A stretch of DNA of 64,000 nt, from contig OZ024742.1 in assembly GCA_964016885.1 (NCBI GenBank), forward strand, positions 197,098,001 through 197,162,000, read 5' to 3'. The stretch is from Eledone cirrhosa (Eukaryota). Positions 1 through 12,744 of the stretch are shown here, one piece after another (position 1 is the first letter of the stretch; every line of letters starts with the position of its first letter). The position numbers and the translations under genes were made by a program. A model generated the notes under the pieces. That model saw only the letters and a program-made list of their open reading frames with translations. It was not told where the DNA came from and ran no database searches.

Positions 1-34
1 ATACAAATCCATACATCCATACATACATACATAC

Positions 35-323
35 ATGGTGGCTGCCAACTCGTTTTCGAGTACGGCCACTACTTTATATCCATGTAGGAGAACCCCTACC
101 GATGCGCTGAACGAGTGTGACTTTTTAGTCCAGCCAGCGACTTGAAAACTCTGGTACAAACACTACACTTGTGACAATTATTGACACATAGTGCTGGGCC
201 CATGGTACCATGTGACGACAAGTGCAGAGAGATCTCCAGATATAAAGCAATGCCTGTGCCGTGAAGCTTTTATAGTGAGCAAAGGCACTGCACAAAGCCA
301 GTCCCACTCTTAACGAAGATGAT
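35..323. repeat. Dispersed repeat, near-identical to 1487-1777; diverged relatives at about 5335-5650 (+), 7615-7745 (-) and 12335-12462 (-)
   Basis: Starts atggtggctgccaactcgttttcgag in both copies and aligns for about 290 bp with few substitutions; both copies sit between microsatellites. Confidence 0.9.
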
Positions 324-374
324 ACATACATACATACATACATACATACATACATACATACATACATACATACA

Positions 375-405
<31 letters not shown>

Positions 406-469
406 GTACATATATATGTATCAGACATAGAACATATCCCAAACGTGCATGTTTGCAAAGCAATATAAC

Positions 470-655
470 ATTACACTGGCCACCAGGAAGCCTCTCTCAT
501 AATTATGAAGGAATGAAAACTGAGATGGTAAGACTATGTAACATGATGCAGTGGCCTTGCAAAGACCAAACCACAAGGAATTCTGAAACAGGATAGACAG
601 AGCAGTGAAGAATGAAAATATTGGACAGAGAACATTAAAGTGTGAACAGGAGAGT
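470..655 (+). mobile_element. Decayed RTE-clade LINE 3' fragment
   Basis: Translates with stops as KLRW*DYVT*CSGLAKTKPQG...KYWTENIK, matching the RTE C-terminal pattern KLRWYGHV..SSGLAK.ILQG...W.DNIKEW. Confidence 0.65.
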
Positions 656-1139
656 CATTAGTGGAGACACGAAATCCGGTACACAGCCGCGATAAATACA
701 TGCCTCTCTTTCAATCTACTCTCTCACAACCACCATCTCTCTCTATTTATGAAGGTACCTACCCGGAAAAACCCGTATCTCGGGAACCTGTACTCCGATT
801 TACACGAAACTTGTTTATTCCTTTCAAAGCATTTTCCCATTATGCGCCATTTTGGCTGTATTACATTACAGACAAGACACAATCACAGAGTTTTTTTTAG
901 TAGTATATAGATTTGCTCACGAGAATTTTCGAGACGGAACATCATGTATAACTAGAGGCGGGGTGAATGGATGTAGCAGGTAGTCGGAGCTGTAAGGTAT
1001 CCAGATCAAATCCAGGGAGTGGCTTCTGAACCATGTGTTTGTAGGGGTGGGGTTGTTCATATTTATTTTCTGTTTTATTTGTTTCTTTTATATATACACA
1101 CATACACCTCAACACGTATATATGTATATGTATATATAT

Positions 1140-1447
1140 TTGTTGGGCCTCCGTCGATTCCAACAATGAGGGCTCCAGTCGATTTAATGAACGGAATAGC
1201 TTGCTGTTGAAATCATAGTGTAAGTGGCTGAGTATTCCACAGATTCGTGCACCCTGAACGCATTTCTCAGGAAGACTCAGTGCGACACAATGTGTGATAA
1301 AGCTGGCTTCTTTAATTACAGGTACAACTCATTTTTGTCAGCTGAATAGATTGGAGCAACATGAAATAAAGTGTCTTGCTCAAGGAAACAACATTCGACC
1401 CTGTCCAAGAATTGTTCTCACGATCTTATGGTGATGAACTGAATATA
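1140..1447 (-). mobile_element. tRNA-derived SINE, CORE/V-like family
   Basis: Contains ggagcaacatgaaataaagtgtcttgctcaagg, shared with 3962-4180, 9075-9392, 32045-32220, 40935-41125 and 51045-51270. Confidence 0.8.
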
Positions 1448-1486
1448 TTCCCCCCCCCCCCCACATATATATATATACACACATAT

Positions 1487-1872
1487 ATGGTGGCTGCCAA
1501 CTCGTTTTCGAGTATGGCCACTACTTTATATCCATGTAGGAGAACCCCTACCGATGCGCTGAACAAGTGTGACTTTTTAGTCCAGCCAGCGACTTGTAAA
1601 CTCTGGTACAAACACTACACCTGTGACAATTATTGACACATAGTGCTGGGCCCATGGTACCATATGACGACAAGTGCAGAGAGATCTCCAGATATAAAGC
1701 AATGCCTGTGCCGTGAAGCTTTTATAGCGAGCAAAGGCACTGCACTAAGACAGTCCCACTCTCTTAACCAAGATGATATTTACCAAAAAGAAGAACAAGT
1801 CAACATCATTGGATACCATCAGGGTTGCAGGTGTTATATCAGAGTTTTCCTTCTCGTAGAATTCTGCCTTGA
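1487..1872. repeat. Second, longer copy of the 35-323 repeat
   Basis: Direct alignment to 35-323; the extension matches 5520-5630 and the reverse complement of 12335-12410. Confidence 0.9.
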
Positions 1873-2094
1873 CATATATACACATATATACACACATATA
1901 TACATATATACACACATATATGCATACATAAACACATATGTGGTTAAAAAAAGGGGTAAAGTTCCATACAAATTGAAGATTATAGGTAAAAACTAAGAGT
2001 GGAAATGCACAGATGTGTATTTAAAGAATTTCATAACACAAAACAAATATTCCTATATTTTGTACATCAAGTAAATTTTCCCCGGTTTCCATTA

Positions 2095-2165
2095 ATTAAG
2101 ACATATACATATGTTCTTGTCTGATGACCAGGCGAAACTCCAAAGTAACACTTTTTAGTCTTAAT
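2095..2165 (+). ncRNA. Degenerate type I hammerhead ribozyme in a PLE terminus
   Basis: tgt-CTGATGA(2121)-ccaggc-GAAA-CT-ccaa-AG-T-A-aca; distal stem I attaagac/gtcttaat; stem II poorly paired; TATTGAGTAC at 2194, then (TA)n. Confidence 0.55.
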
Positions 2166-2236
2166 ATAAATGAATATTAAAACTCTACTTCGGTATTGAG
2201 TACTCTTTTCTCTCAGCCGTCAACCACATACGGATA

Positions 2237-2312
<76 letters not shown>

Positions 2313-2747
2313 TATATATATGTATAGATCTCAATAATTTAAATTATAAACTAAACATTTAATCATATTTAAACAATGGTTAAAATTCTCCTATTATGTA
2401 TGTATTTTCCATTCACGCTTATTTACACTTCTCTATTCATCCATTAAATATTTTTCTTTCACTTCATCTCAAAAGTTAAGCTAATACAACAACCTATCAC
2501 TTAGAGCTTTCTCTTTCTCTTTTCTTTTTTCTTCTCTTTCTCCTTTTTCTATCTCTCTTTTTTCTCTCTCTCTCTTTCTCCATAACCCAACGGCTTATTT
2601 AAATCTACTCTGATTTAAAAATATCCGAAACTAATTTACATAATAGTATAAATAAATTTATAACCCCACTATCCGGGAGCTTCCCACAGAAATGGTCGCA
2701 TTCTTTAAGGGTATGTCAATATTTATTTATAAAACTGCTCTATATTA

Positions 2748-2812
2748 TATTTTATCTGATTAAAGCACACCATAATTCAACTTGGTGTCCTTGAAATATG
2801 TATAATGAAATA
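2748..2812 (+). ncRNA. Hammerhead-like motif with core mutation (CTGATTA); homolog of 37950-38015
   Basis: tattttat-CTGATTA-aagcacacca..tggtgtcctt-GAAA-tatgta-TA-atgaaata; stems I and II pair; flanks match 37910-38050 inverted. Confidence 0.55.
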
Positions 2813-2853
2813 AATATGGTTTTATAAATATAGTTTCCATTTGTTAATATATC

Positions 2854-2947
<94 letters not shown>

Positions 2948-3229
2948 GGTTCGTTTGCAAGCAAACAGCCTCATAACACCCTGCAGGTTTTCTAGATGAC
3001 TGACATCATCCTTTTGTTCGAACGGCAGAGAGAAAACAGTCGACTGTTATTCACTCACGAATACATTTTTATATATAGAAATAAATCTGTACTAATAATA
3101 TATACATCCACTAAAAAAATATATCATACACAAAACGCCAGCATCAAGAGAGGGCAACATGAATGGACCTGTTATTTTTCTATAAGAGCATTTTTTCCAA
3201 TTTCACCCCGCCCGCCCCTTCAATCTATC

Positions 3230-3358
3230 TTATTTCTCATTCTGAGGAAGGACTAGCGTCCGAAACCTTAAGACCCACTTCCTGCTATTTCAAGCGTTAA
3301 CCTAATATATTCCTTCCATATACTGTACCGATTGTGTTGTTATTTCTGTTTACCTTTG

Positions 3359-3362
<4 letters not shown>
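3230..3362 (+). mobile_element. PLE terminal fragment with partial hammerhead core
   Basis: CTGAGGA-a-GGAC-tagc-GTCC-GAAA; the same family occurs inverted at 38270-38400; ends at a (CA)n tract. Confidence 0.55.
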
Positions 3363-3419
<57 letters not shown>

Positions 3420-3592
3420 CACAGTCGACCAACGAGTGGGGTGGAGCGCGCTAAATCGGACCGAGGAAACAATATTTCCATTCGTTTTTCCAATTGTTAA
3501 TACTATCGCAAGTCCATACAGAACGTGAATCTTGCTCAAGGAATCGAAATCACAACCTCACGATTGCGAATCCAATTCTCTAACCATTCCCC

Positions 3593-3640
<48 letters not shown>

Positions 3641-3718
3641 AGATGAGAGCAAACATCACGTGCGCTCTATCTCAAACTAATTTTTGAAAAGCATTAGAGA
3701 TGCGCAACCGGTAAAAAC

Positions 3719-3747
3719 TAATTTGTCAGCATTTTCTTTTCCTTTTA

Positions 3748-3783
<36 letters not shown>

Positions 3784-3926
3784 TAAAAGGAAAAGAAAAT
3801 GCTGACAAATTTTTCCCAGTGAAAAATAGTTTAGGAATAAGTATACATTAGTAATAAGTATTGGTTAGTATTCAGTTTTTTTTTTTTCACTGGGGAAAAA
3901 TTTGTCAGCATTTTCTTTTCCTTTTA

Positions 3927-3931
<5 letters not shown>
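3719..3931. repeat. Triple inverted/direct arrangement of a 32-45 bp unit around (TA)n
   Basis: aatttgtcagcattttcttttccttttacta at about 3720 (+), 3781 (-) and 3899 (+). Confidence 0.85.
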
Positions 3932-3961
<30 letters not shown>

Positions 3962-3964
<3 letters not shown>

Positions 3965-4180
3965 AAGGCGTGTGGCTGAGTGGTTAGAGAATTGGATTCG
4001 CAATCGTAAGGTTGTGAGTTCGATTCCTGGACCAGGCGATGCGTTATGTCCTTGAGCAAGACACTTTATTTCACGTTGCTCCTTCTACCTGGAGTTGCGA
4101 CCGATAGATAGTATTAGCAATTGGAAAGACCAACGGAAACATTGTTCCCTCGGTCCGATTTGACGAAAGTCGATCGTTCC
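3962..4180 (+). mobile_element. tRNA-derived SINE, CORE/V-like family, with Pol III boxes
   Basis: A box tggctgagtgg, B box gttcgattc, then gtccttgagcaagacactttatttcacgttgctcc. Confidence 0.85.
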
Positions 4181-4194
4181 TATATATATATATA

Positions 4195-4600
4195 TATACA
4201 TGGCTCTGAGACTTGGACACTGACCAAGAAACTCACTCAGATGGTGGATGGGTGCTACACGAGAATGCTGAGGATGGCTCTGAACATTAATCAGTATACA
4301 CTGAGGATGAAAAACTCAGAGCTGTATGGGAGCCTCCCAAAAGTCAGCTCAAAAGTGACACAGAGGAGACTGAGGTTAGCTGGACATGCTCACCGACATC
4401 CAGAGTTGACATTGCACTCAGTGCTCCCGTGGGAGCCCCTACATGGACACACTGGAAGAGGAAGACCAAGGTTAACGTATGTTGATGCCCTAAGGACAGA
4501 CACTGGTCTGTTGGAGACGCAGGACATGGCAGCGATAATGAGGGACAGAGGCCGCTGGAGAGAACTCCTCCATGGATCTCGCGAATTTTACACGCCCTAC
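4195..4600 (+). mobile_element. RTE-clade LINE 3' fragment, open frame
   Basis: HGSETWTLTKKL..DGCYTRMLRMAL..RRLRLAGHAHRH..GRGRPRLTYVD; flanked by (TA)n. Confidence 0.9.
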
Positions 4601-4996
4601 ATATATATATATATATATATATATGCGTGTGTATGTGTGTATGATTATTTTCTGTAATCTAAGCAGAGAAAAAATTAACACGAGTAATATGTGCAATGAA
4701 TTTGTCACAGTGCCTCGTTTTTATAGAACCTTCTATACCACTGTTTGTTGTGTATAAATGTCTATTGCTGGTAATAAAAGAGTTATTGTTATTATTCTAT
4801 TTATTTTGTTGAACAAACAAAATCATTTCCCACATATTTACATAAGCGTGAGATTTCCATACATAAATGGGAAATGTTATTTGTATTAAATGATACAAAT
4901 CATTTTATGACTTTGAGTACACACACACACACACATACACACACACACACACATACACACACACACACACATATATATATATATGCATACACACAT

Positions 4997-5063
<67 letters not shown>

Positions 5064-5125
5064 CATATATATATACATACATATATATACAAACACATAT
5101 ACATGCAAACACATATACATGCATA

Positions 5126-5181
<56 letters not shown>

Positions 5182-5187
5182 ACACAC

Positions 5188-5246
<59 letters not shown>

Positions 5247-6264
5247 TATATATATATATATATACCACATACACATACATAAATATACATATGTATGTCT
5301 GTGTATATATGATGATGTCTGCAACTCGATTTCGAGTAATGCCACCGTTTGATATTTAAACATGAGTATCACAGACGTGGCTCTTTACTCTTGCTAGGGA
5401 CTTGCCTATGGCCAGCAATGCCATGCATCGCAAAATCATGTCACATGTCAAGCGATGCCTGTGCTTGAAGCTTTTTTAAGCGAGGAAAGGCTTTGCACGG
5501 GGCCAATCCCACTCTCTGAACATCGAATGCATTTACCCCAAAAGTAGAACTGGTCTACATCATTGGATGCAAACGAAGTCTCGGGTTTTATATCAGAGTA
5601 ACCTTCTCCTAGAAAGATGTCTTAATGAAGACTAGGAGTCTCTCGCTCCACTAAAAAAGAAAAAAAAAAAAACTTTATCATATGTCAAATCACTCCTCAG
5701 CGCTATTGGTAACATGTAACCCAGTACAACATGACTAAACTGGCAACCCCGCCAAGCTTACTTCGTGAGGAGGGTGATTTTGGACATCCCGCGGGATGAA
5801 AAACAAAACCCGTCAAAGGGCTAGAGAGAAACTCAGGAGAATCAACGGCCATATATATACATATATGTACATACACTTATATGTATAGACAGACAGACAG
5901 ACAGACACACAGACACACACACACACACACATAGTCATGTGTACATCTGTGTGTATGTATATATACAAATACGGACATACACTTATATACAGACACAGAA
6001 ATGCCCAGGTCCACGCCCACACATACACCCCCCCCCACATATATATATATAGTACGTAACTAATCCTTTGAAATTATTATTTTTTCTTCTCATGTTTTGT
6101 AGGTTTAAATCTATTTCTAGAAGAACCAGACTATTTTCGTCTTATATACTGTATATATTGTCTGGAAGAGAATCGAATATGGCTGAATGCTATATATAAT
6201 TAAAGTAGCAATGAAATCGATCTATACAACAAGAACTGCAAATTGATTTCATTTGTCACAACAC

Positions 6265-6448
6265 ACACACACATATTTGTACGACATACACATACACACG
6301 CACACACACACATATTTGTACGACATACACATACACACACACATATTTGTACGACATACTCATACACACACACACACATATTTGTACGACATACTCATAC
6401 ACACACACATATTTGTACGACATACTCATACACACACATATTTGTACG

Positions 6449-6455
<7 letters not shown>
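6265..6455. repeat. Compound minisatellite, about 6 units of catatttgtacgacata plus variable (CA)n
   Basis: Directly visible repeated core. Confidence 0.9.
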
Positions 6456-6510
<55 letters not shown>

Positions 6511-6529
6511 ATATATATATGTATGTATA

Positions 6530-6660
6530 TCAGAATGGACGCAGTAAAAACCCGTTAGATCATTACTCACCAGAGTACTCGATAGTTGGAGTAGTAGAGT
6601 GTGGTAATATGAAGGACTCGGGACCCCGACGGCTGAGCTCCTGCCGTTTCAACTGGGAAC
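6530..6660 (-). mobile_element. PLE terminus with hammerhead 3' half; family of 27140-27180, 30838-30921 and 37420-37553
   Basis: Minus strand reads GAAACGGCaggagctcaGCCGTCgggg...actctactactccaacTATCGAGTAC. Confidence 0.65.
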
Positions 6661-6760
6661 TAGCTATTGTTATTTTGTGTCTCTCTTTTGTTCTGTCATA
6701 CAAGATCTTGCTTTTATGTAGGACACAACAAAGGATAGACGCAAAATAACAACAAAAGTA

Positions 6761-6803
6761 GTCACTGAGGAGGTCACAGAATGTGTGACGAAAGAACTTT
6801 GAC
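6761..6803 (+). ncRNA. Minimal type I hammerhead ribozyme motif; homolog of 45867-45911
   Basis: gtca-CTGAGGA-g-GTCACA-gaatg-TGTGAC-GAAA-gaac-T-T-tgac; followed by the repeat also found at 14510-14790 and 45715-46072. Confidence 0.7.
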
Positions 6804-6974
6804 AATCAACAACTAAACAACCACCCGGTTATTAAACTAACCAATTGCGTGTGCTTTTATTGGCAGCATGACCCTCCCAAATATAAACATTTCTATTTCA
6901 ACACACGTTTTCAGATAAAAAAAATCTTGCAAACAGATACAAAAACGAAGTATGTATGTATATATATATACACA

Positions 6975-7084
<110 letters not shown>

Positions 7085-7852
7085 TGTGTGTGGTGGTAAT
7101 GACTTGGTAGACAGCAACTCGAGTCTGCAGACCGAATTTTTAATGTATTTATTAAGGGTCGCAACTTCAACAGAGCCATGCCAAGAACGTACTTTTGTTG
7201 GCCTGGAGGACCAACTTTTTCAACCTATTCCGGTAGAAATTAACCGGAAGTACACATACACATATACCTATGTATGTATGTATGTATGTATGTATGTATG
7301 TATGTATGTATGTATGTATGTATGTATGTATATATGTATGTCATGTCGCTCTCGGGTGCTACTGGTAACATGTAACCCAGCACAACCTGTCTCATGGTCG
7401 GGTCGTCTGCGACTAAACCGGCAACCCCACCAAGCTTGCTTTGATATTTGGACACCCTGCAGGATGAAATACAAGACCCAGCAAAGGGCGGAGGAACTCA
7501 GCAGAGTCAACGGCCATCCAAATAGCACTTTTTATTTTCGCCTGGGAGTGAAAGGCCCCCAGTTGTTGTCACACCTTTCTATGAGAGAGAAATTCTGAAA
7601 AAAAAACCTGCGGCTTTGGAAGCATCCGATGATGTTGACCAGTTCTCCTTTTCGGATAATGTTTTTGATGCTCAGAGAGTGGGATTGGTCAAGTGCAAGG
7701 TCTTTCCCCACTTAAAAAACACTCAAAGCACAGGCATTGCTTGTTCAAGATATGTTACAGGTTTGTGTGACTGGCTGTAGCCTAAATGTGCACCAAATTC
7801 TATAATCCTCCAAGCAATTGCAGTACTCTTAGCAGAGTTTTCAGCCATCATG

Positions 7853-7905
<53 letters not shown>

Positions 7906-8052
7906 TTTGAGTCTATTTTGGTTGTATACCAACACCTCAGTATGCAGATTGGAGCACTCGACGAAGTGCGCAGGTTGGTTTGGTTACTCCGGAGTAATGT
8001 AAAATAAAATAAAATAAATAAGTCAAATGTTTAAAATTTAGCTTCGTTTATT

Positions 8053-8107
8053 ACTGCTATATATATTTCGGTGACAGCCATCTTTGGCTGTGACCTCTTC
8101 AGGCAGT
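8053..8107 (-). ncRNA. Type I hammerhead ribozyme, intact core
   Basis: Reverse-complement copy of 8281-8337 with one fewer TA in stem III. Confidence 0.85.
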
Positions 8108-8280
8108 CCGAATTAGTGTGGTATAGACAAGTACATATTTTGTTGAGGTGTATAACTTTGACAATATGATTCCAGTTCCTCAGTGAAATAACAATCCAAC
8201 CAGGAACTGGGCATATCAGAGTATTGACAAAGTTATACACCTCAACAACATATGTACTTGTCTATACCACACTAATTCGG

Positions 8281-8337
8281 ACTGCCTGAAGAGGTCACAG
8301 CCAAAGATGGCTGTCACCGAAATATATATATAGCAGT
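8281..8337 (+). ncRNA. Type I hammerhead ribozyme, intact core
   Basis: actgc-CTGAAGA-ggtcacagcca-aaga-tggctgtcacc-GAAA-tatatata-TA-gcagt; stem I actgc/gcagt, long stem II, palindromic stem III, predicted cleavage after A8332. Confidence 0.88.
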
Positions 8338-8377
8338 AATAAACGAAGCTAAATTTTAAACATTTGACTTATTTATT

Positions 8378-8489
<112 letters not shown>

Positions 8490-9074
8490 AGTGAGAAAGT
8501 AGTATAGATACTTCAGATGACAAATAAAATTAATTTGCAGTTCTGGTTTTTATAGAACATTTTCATTGATATCTTAATAATATGAAGATGTCTTCCACGG
8601 TACGTATATCAGCAATTATTTGCATCCGAATTTCCTGTCTGACGAAAACATTGAATAATCGTTGAATAACAACCTTTCTGTACATTCGAAATGAGCATAA
8701 CGGTATGATGTAATGGAATAAAATGATGCTGAGTAAGTGATACCGTCTCTCTTCCTTTTATATAAGTTTGTTCCACAACAGTTAATAAACCATTTTCGAT
8801 TACAATGTTACGGCTGCAGTATGCCGAGTGTAAATAAATTTAAAAGTCAGTGTTGCAGCATATGTACAAACCTTATATTGCAATTCTTTCAATATCGATC
8901 AGCTCAAGGTACACTCAAGGTGAGGGACCCCGACCTTTTTCGACATCTCATCAGATACGCGAGCTTATATGTACAAAGACACATCTAAACTGTTGACAAA
9001 GGAGCCGAAATCCATTTATATACACTTATTGGTAGGTTTGTAAGGGGGTAGTGGTAAAGTAGATTTAGGTTTAG

Positions 9075-9392
9075 ATATACCCCACCTCACGAATGACCAT
9101 GGTATTTGCACCTAGAGAATTCTCCTCCGAGGGACAAGTCCGGGCAAGGTGGTTGTTTGTGGAAGACCAGCAGTTGCCCATGCATACCAGTCGCTCCTCT
9201 CCACACCATGTTGGGAAGGGAAAGGTAATGTCCGATACAGTTTGGCACCAGTGACGTTGCAACTCATTTGTAAACTTGAGTAACGTGAAATAAAGTGCCT
9301 TTGCTCAAGGACACAACGCATCACTCGGTCTAAGAATCGAACTCACAACCTCACGATTGCAAACCCAATGCTCTACCCACTAAACAATGTGC
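9075..9392 (-). mobile_element. tRNA-derived SINE, CORE/V-like family
   Basis: aacgtgaaataaagtgcctttgctcaaggacacaac and the reversed B box gaatcgaactc. Confidence 0.8.
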
Positions 9393-9747
9393 TATATATA
9401 TAAATAAATCCAAATGAAATCTTATATACCCTATGCAACTCCTCAACCACTAGAAGAAAGAATATTTTCTATTCAATCTCTGAGCTTAAAATCTAAATTT
9501 ATATTTTTCGTATGCACAATATGCTTTGACTATTTAAAGTAAAAATAAAGTCAAAATATGCATTCTTTTTATGGAGGAGAATGGAAGTGTTGATATGTGA
9601 GTATATTTTTAGTTAGAATTTATACTAAAAACATTGTCTAGTGTGAAAGAGATGAGGAATAGTAAAACATGTTTATATAATAATAGAGATGTAGGAGCCT
9701 CCTAAGTTGATAATTACTAATCAAATGTATATATAAATATATATGTT

Positions 9748-9985
9748 AGCAGCCCGTGTGAGGAAAGAGCCCCGCGAGGTGGGGTGGTTGTTGCAGCGGG
9801 TGTCGCTGGCTTTGTCCGCGGGAATGCTTTTGCAGTCTTGTTCGGGGGCGCAGCCCCAACACCACCGCGCCCTAGGCCTAGAGCCCATCAACCTCCCCTC
9901 CCCCCTCCCATTCTTCTGTGACCCTAGAGCCTTGATTTTCCATTCCCTTTCCGTTTCATAACCACAAAAGACACATTAAAAAAAA
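9748..9985 (+). mobile_element. CRE-like non-LTR retrotransposon 3' end
   Basis: EPREVGWLLQRVSLAL motif; the downstream UTR matches 48620-48710. Confidence 0.7.
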
Positions 9986-10084
9986 AAAATATTCTTAAAT
10001 TAACACAATATATGAGAGTTGAATGAGAAGAAGGCGAGCAACACATTTATTTCCATTTGACAATCACATGAAACATGGCATGGA

Positions 10085-10500
10085 CGGCGCAGATGTCCCT
10101 TCCCAGCTCGAGCAAGCGGACCTGGACCGAATAAATAGCAGAAGGCCAGACGGCATGATCATTTTCCCGTTTCGCGTTGGTAGGCCCCTCATCTGGGATA
10201 CTACATACTGTGAAACATTCTCTAGTGGCAACCTGGTGTGTTCAGTTATCACGCCAGGCCAAAGAGAGAAAACTGTCCAAGTATCGGCCGCTCACTGGTA
10301 AGTTTGTGGTAGAGTCTATAGCAGTGGAGAGTTCTGGCGTTCTTGGCCCCCTCGGACCACATCCCTACTCACTGCTATCGGAGAGGTGATAGCTGCTCGG
10401 GATGGAGTGGCTGTTCCAGCGCGTCTCCCTCGCCGTCCTTCGGGGCAATGTATTTTTCATTCTGTCGGCCGGGGCCCAGAGGTGGAGGGTAAGTTACCCG
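10085..10500 (+). mobile_element. CRE-like retrotransposon restriction-like endonuclease (RLE) fragment
   Basis: VPSQLE..RRPDGMIIFPF..GRPLIWDTT..ERKLSKY..IAVESSGVLGP..EWLFQRVSLAVLRGN, frameshifted. Confidence 0.85.
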
Positions 10501-10574
10501 TTCGGATGTCACACATTTACATATACTTCATATGATAATTGATAGCTTTTTTCGTTAAATATAGAAAATTACAA

Positions 10575-10845
10575 AACGTCGGATAGAATATTTTATGGTA
10601 TTTGTTCCGGCTCTCTGCTGTCTGAGTTCAAATCCCACTGAGATCAACTTTGCCTTTTATCCTTTCTAGGTCGATAAAAAAGTACCAGTGTAGTATTGGG
10701 GCCGATTCTTCATCTCTCTGGAAGAAATCTGCTATATTCAGGCCTGGAAAGGGATGGGCTCAGCCAGGCTTTAAATGCCCAAGAAACGCCGTATGTCAAT
10801 ACGGTGCCCCTACGACTATCAGAATTACGGGACCACACATACATA
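10575..10845 (+). mobile_element. Meta-domain-type tRNA SINE, long-tail subfamily
   Basis: gagttcaaatccc B box, gccttttatcctttctaggtcgataaaaaagtaccag core, tail ggaagaaatctgct..aaatgcccaagaaacgcc..cccctacgact. Confidence 0.85.
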
Positions 10846-10864
10846 CATATTTGCCAAGGAGGTA

Positions 10865-10975
10865 TATCTCATTTGCGTCCCGTGGACAAAATGGCGAAGG
10901 CAATGCCGCGGAGAATGACCAGCGACACCAACTGCATTCAGCCACTCTGCCTCACGCGGCTCTTTCTTCAGGTGG
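10865..10975 (-). mobile_element. CRE-like 3' fragment
   Basis: Minus strand KEPREAEWL followed by a frameshifted SLVILRGIAFAIL. Confidence 0.65.
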
Positions 10976-11692
10976 GATGCTGAGGAAAACAACATGACGC
11001 CTAAAAGTCTCGACGACCGATACAAAAAGGAAGCTGTCTTCAGTAGAATCAAAATATTGTCAGATAAATGAACTAGGTTAAAGGAATTAACTGGAAGTGG
11101 TGTCAACTTTTTCGTCAGTGTTATCGATATCTCTGTCCGTAATTTAGTTAAAACCTATTTCAAATTGCATACTTTGGTTAATTTGAAGATTCCAAGACAA
11201 AAGTAAACTCCAGAGATGCAGGGAAATCCCGGAATGTAATTAATTAGGTAAAATATATAATTTTATAATTAAAGATTTAATAACTTCAAAGGAATATTTT
11301 CATATCATTTAAACATCTGATCATGGCAGTATAAAACAGCTTTTTGAAAATATCAACAAACGTCGTGTGTGAAGCTCGAATTTTTGAAGTTACTAAGTGC
11401 CTAGAAAAAATATGTTTGATTCAGCTCCTTATTTAGACGTTAAGCAGTTGTTAAGGGTCTCCTAGATCAGTGGTTAGAGCACATAGATGGGGATACGATT
11501 AGAACACATGGGGGATACGATTTTCGATTCTTCGTAGCGGCCGCTATAAAACTTTTCCCCGTCTCTAAAGGTCTTTACCCGATTTTTATAAGCTATTTTA
11601 TTGTAACTGTCTGTAATAGTTATTTTCTGTGTCTGGGTTTTGTACATCTTTTAGTTTCATGAAAATATTTGTATGGATGGGTATATATATAT

Positions 11693-11796
11693 ATTAAACA
11701 ATCAGAGCTATATATCATAAAACATGTCTATAGAATCACAAGATATCTTGTGATTCTATAGACATGTTTTATGATATATAGCTCTGATTGTTTAAT
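11693..11796. repeat. Perfect 104 bp palindrome with no spacer
   Basis: 52 bp arms centred on caagat|atcttg (11744/11745); abuts (TA)n. Confidence 0.95.
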
Positions 11797-11874
11797 TTAT
11801 TAATTTTTCATTGAGCCACAAAGTGACCAGTTGCAAAACACGTATATGTATATGTATGTATATATATATGTAAA

Positions 11875-11922
<48 letters not shown>

Positions 11923-12677
11923 CATGCATGCATGGTTTTTGTGTATATGAGTTCTCTCTTTCTCTTAATTCTGAGTTTATTTTTGATTGGCCACCTTCCT
12001 GGTGACATGGTTGTAGAAGAAAAGGAAATTGTCGTCGTCTCTTGTGTAATCGTTCATCCTTTGAATCATAAGGCTATTTTACAGATTTTCAAGGTTCAAG
12101 ATATTGCGACCATTTGCAGATTATGGATTAAGGAGCAACGTACTTTCTCCACAAACCAAAGTTCAGATATACTTTGGTTTAATAATACCGGGTATGAAGC
12201 TGAGCGTGTATCTTGGATACTGGATCTGCAAACTATGTATGTGAGGAAATATTCGGTTTGATGCCTGAGCGCGTGGTGAGCCAAACTTGAATGAGAGACC
12301 CCCTAGTTCTTGTTTGGATATCATCCGAGGAGGAGGAAAACTCGGAGGTCAAACCTGTGACTCGATGGCAGCCAATGATGTTGACCTGTTCTTTCTTTTT
12401 GGATTCCTGCCACCATTGTTCAGAGAGTTTCTTCACTTAAAAAAAGCTTCAAGCACAGACATTTGATCTAAATTACTTTCACGTGTGTTGTGTGAGCATG
12501 GCCTTTTCTTTTTTTCTTTAGCTGCAGCATATGAAGAAGGGAATCTGAGTTTTTGGTGGGGTATAAAAGGTCATGTTCGTGCTAGTCCAGTATGAGAAAA
12601 AGGTCAAGGGATGGCAATTCTCGAAACTGAAATGCAAACATTATGTAAGTATGTATATATATGCATAGTTTTGTGTG

Positions 12678-12742
<65 letters not shown>

Positions 12743-12744
12743 AG

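Noticed and set aside
8634-8675. CTGACGA-aaac..gtt-GAAT hammerhead-like string
   Set aside because: GAAT instead of GAAA, and no stem I or stem III
8925-8960. Minus strand CTGATGA-gatgtc-GAAA..GTC
   Set aside because: No stem I complementarity and only a 2 bp stem II; likely chance
11920-12261. 113 aa plus-strand ORF
   Set aside because: No recognisable domain; the opposite strand (QYPRYTLSFIPGII, with stops) looks more like a decayed RLE retrotransposon end, too weak to call
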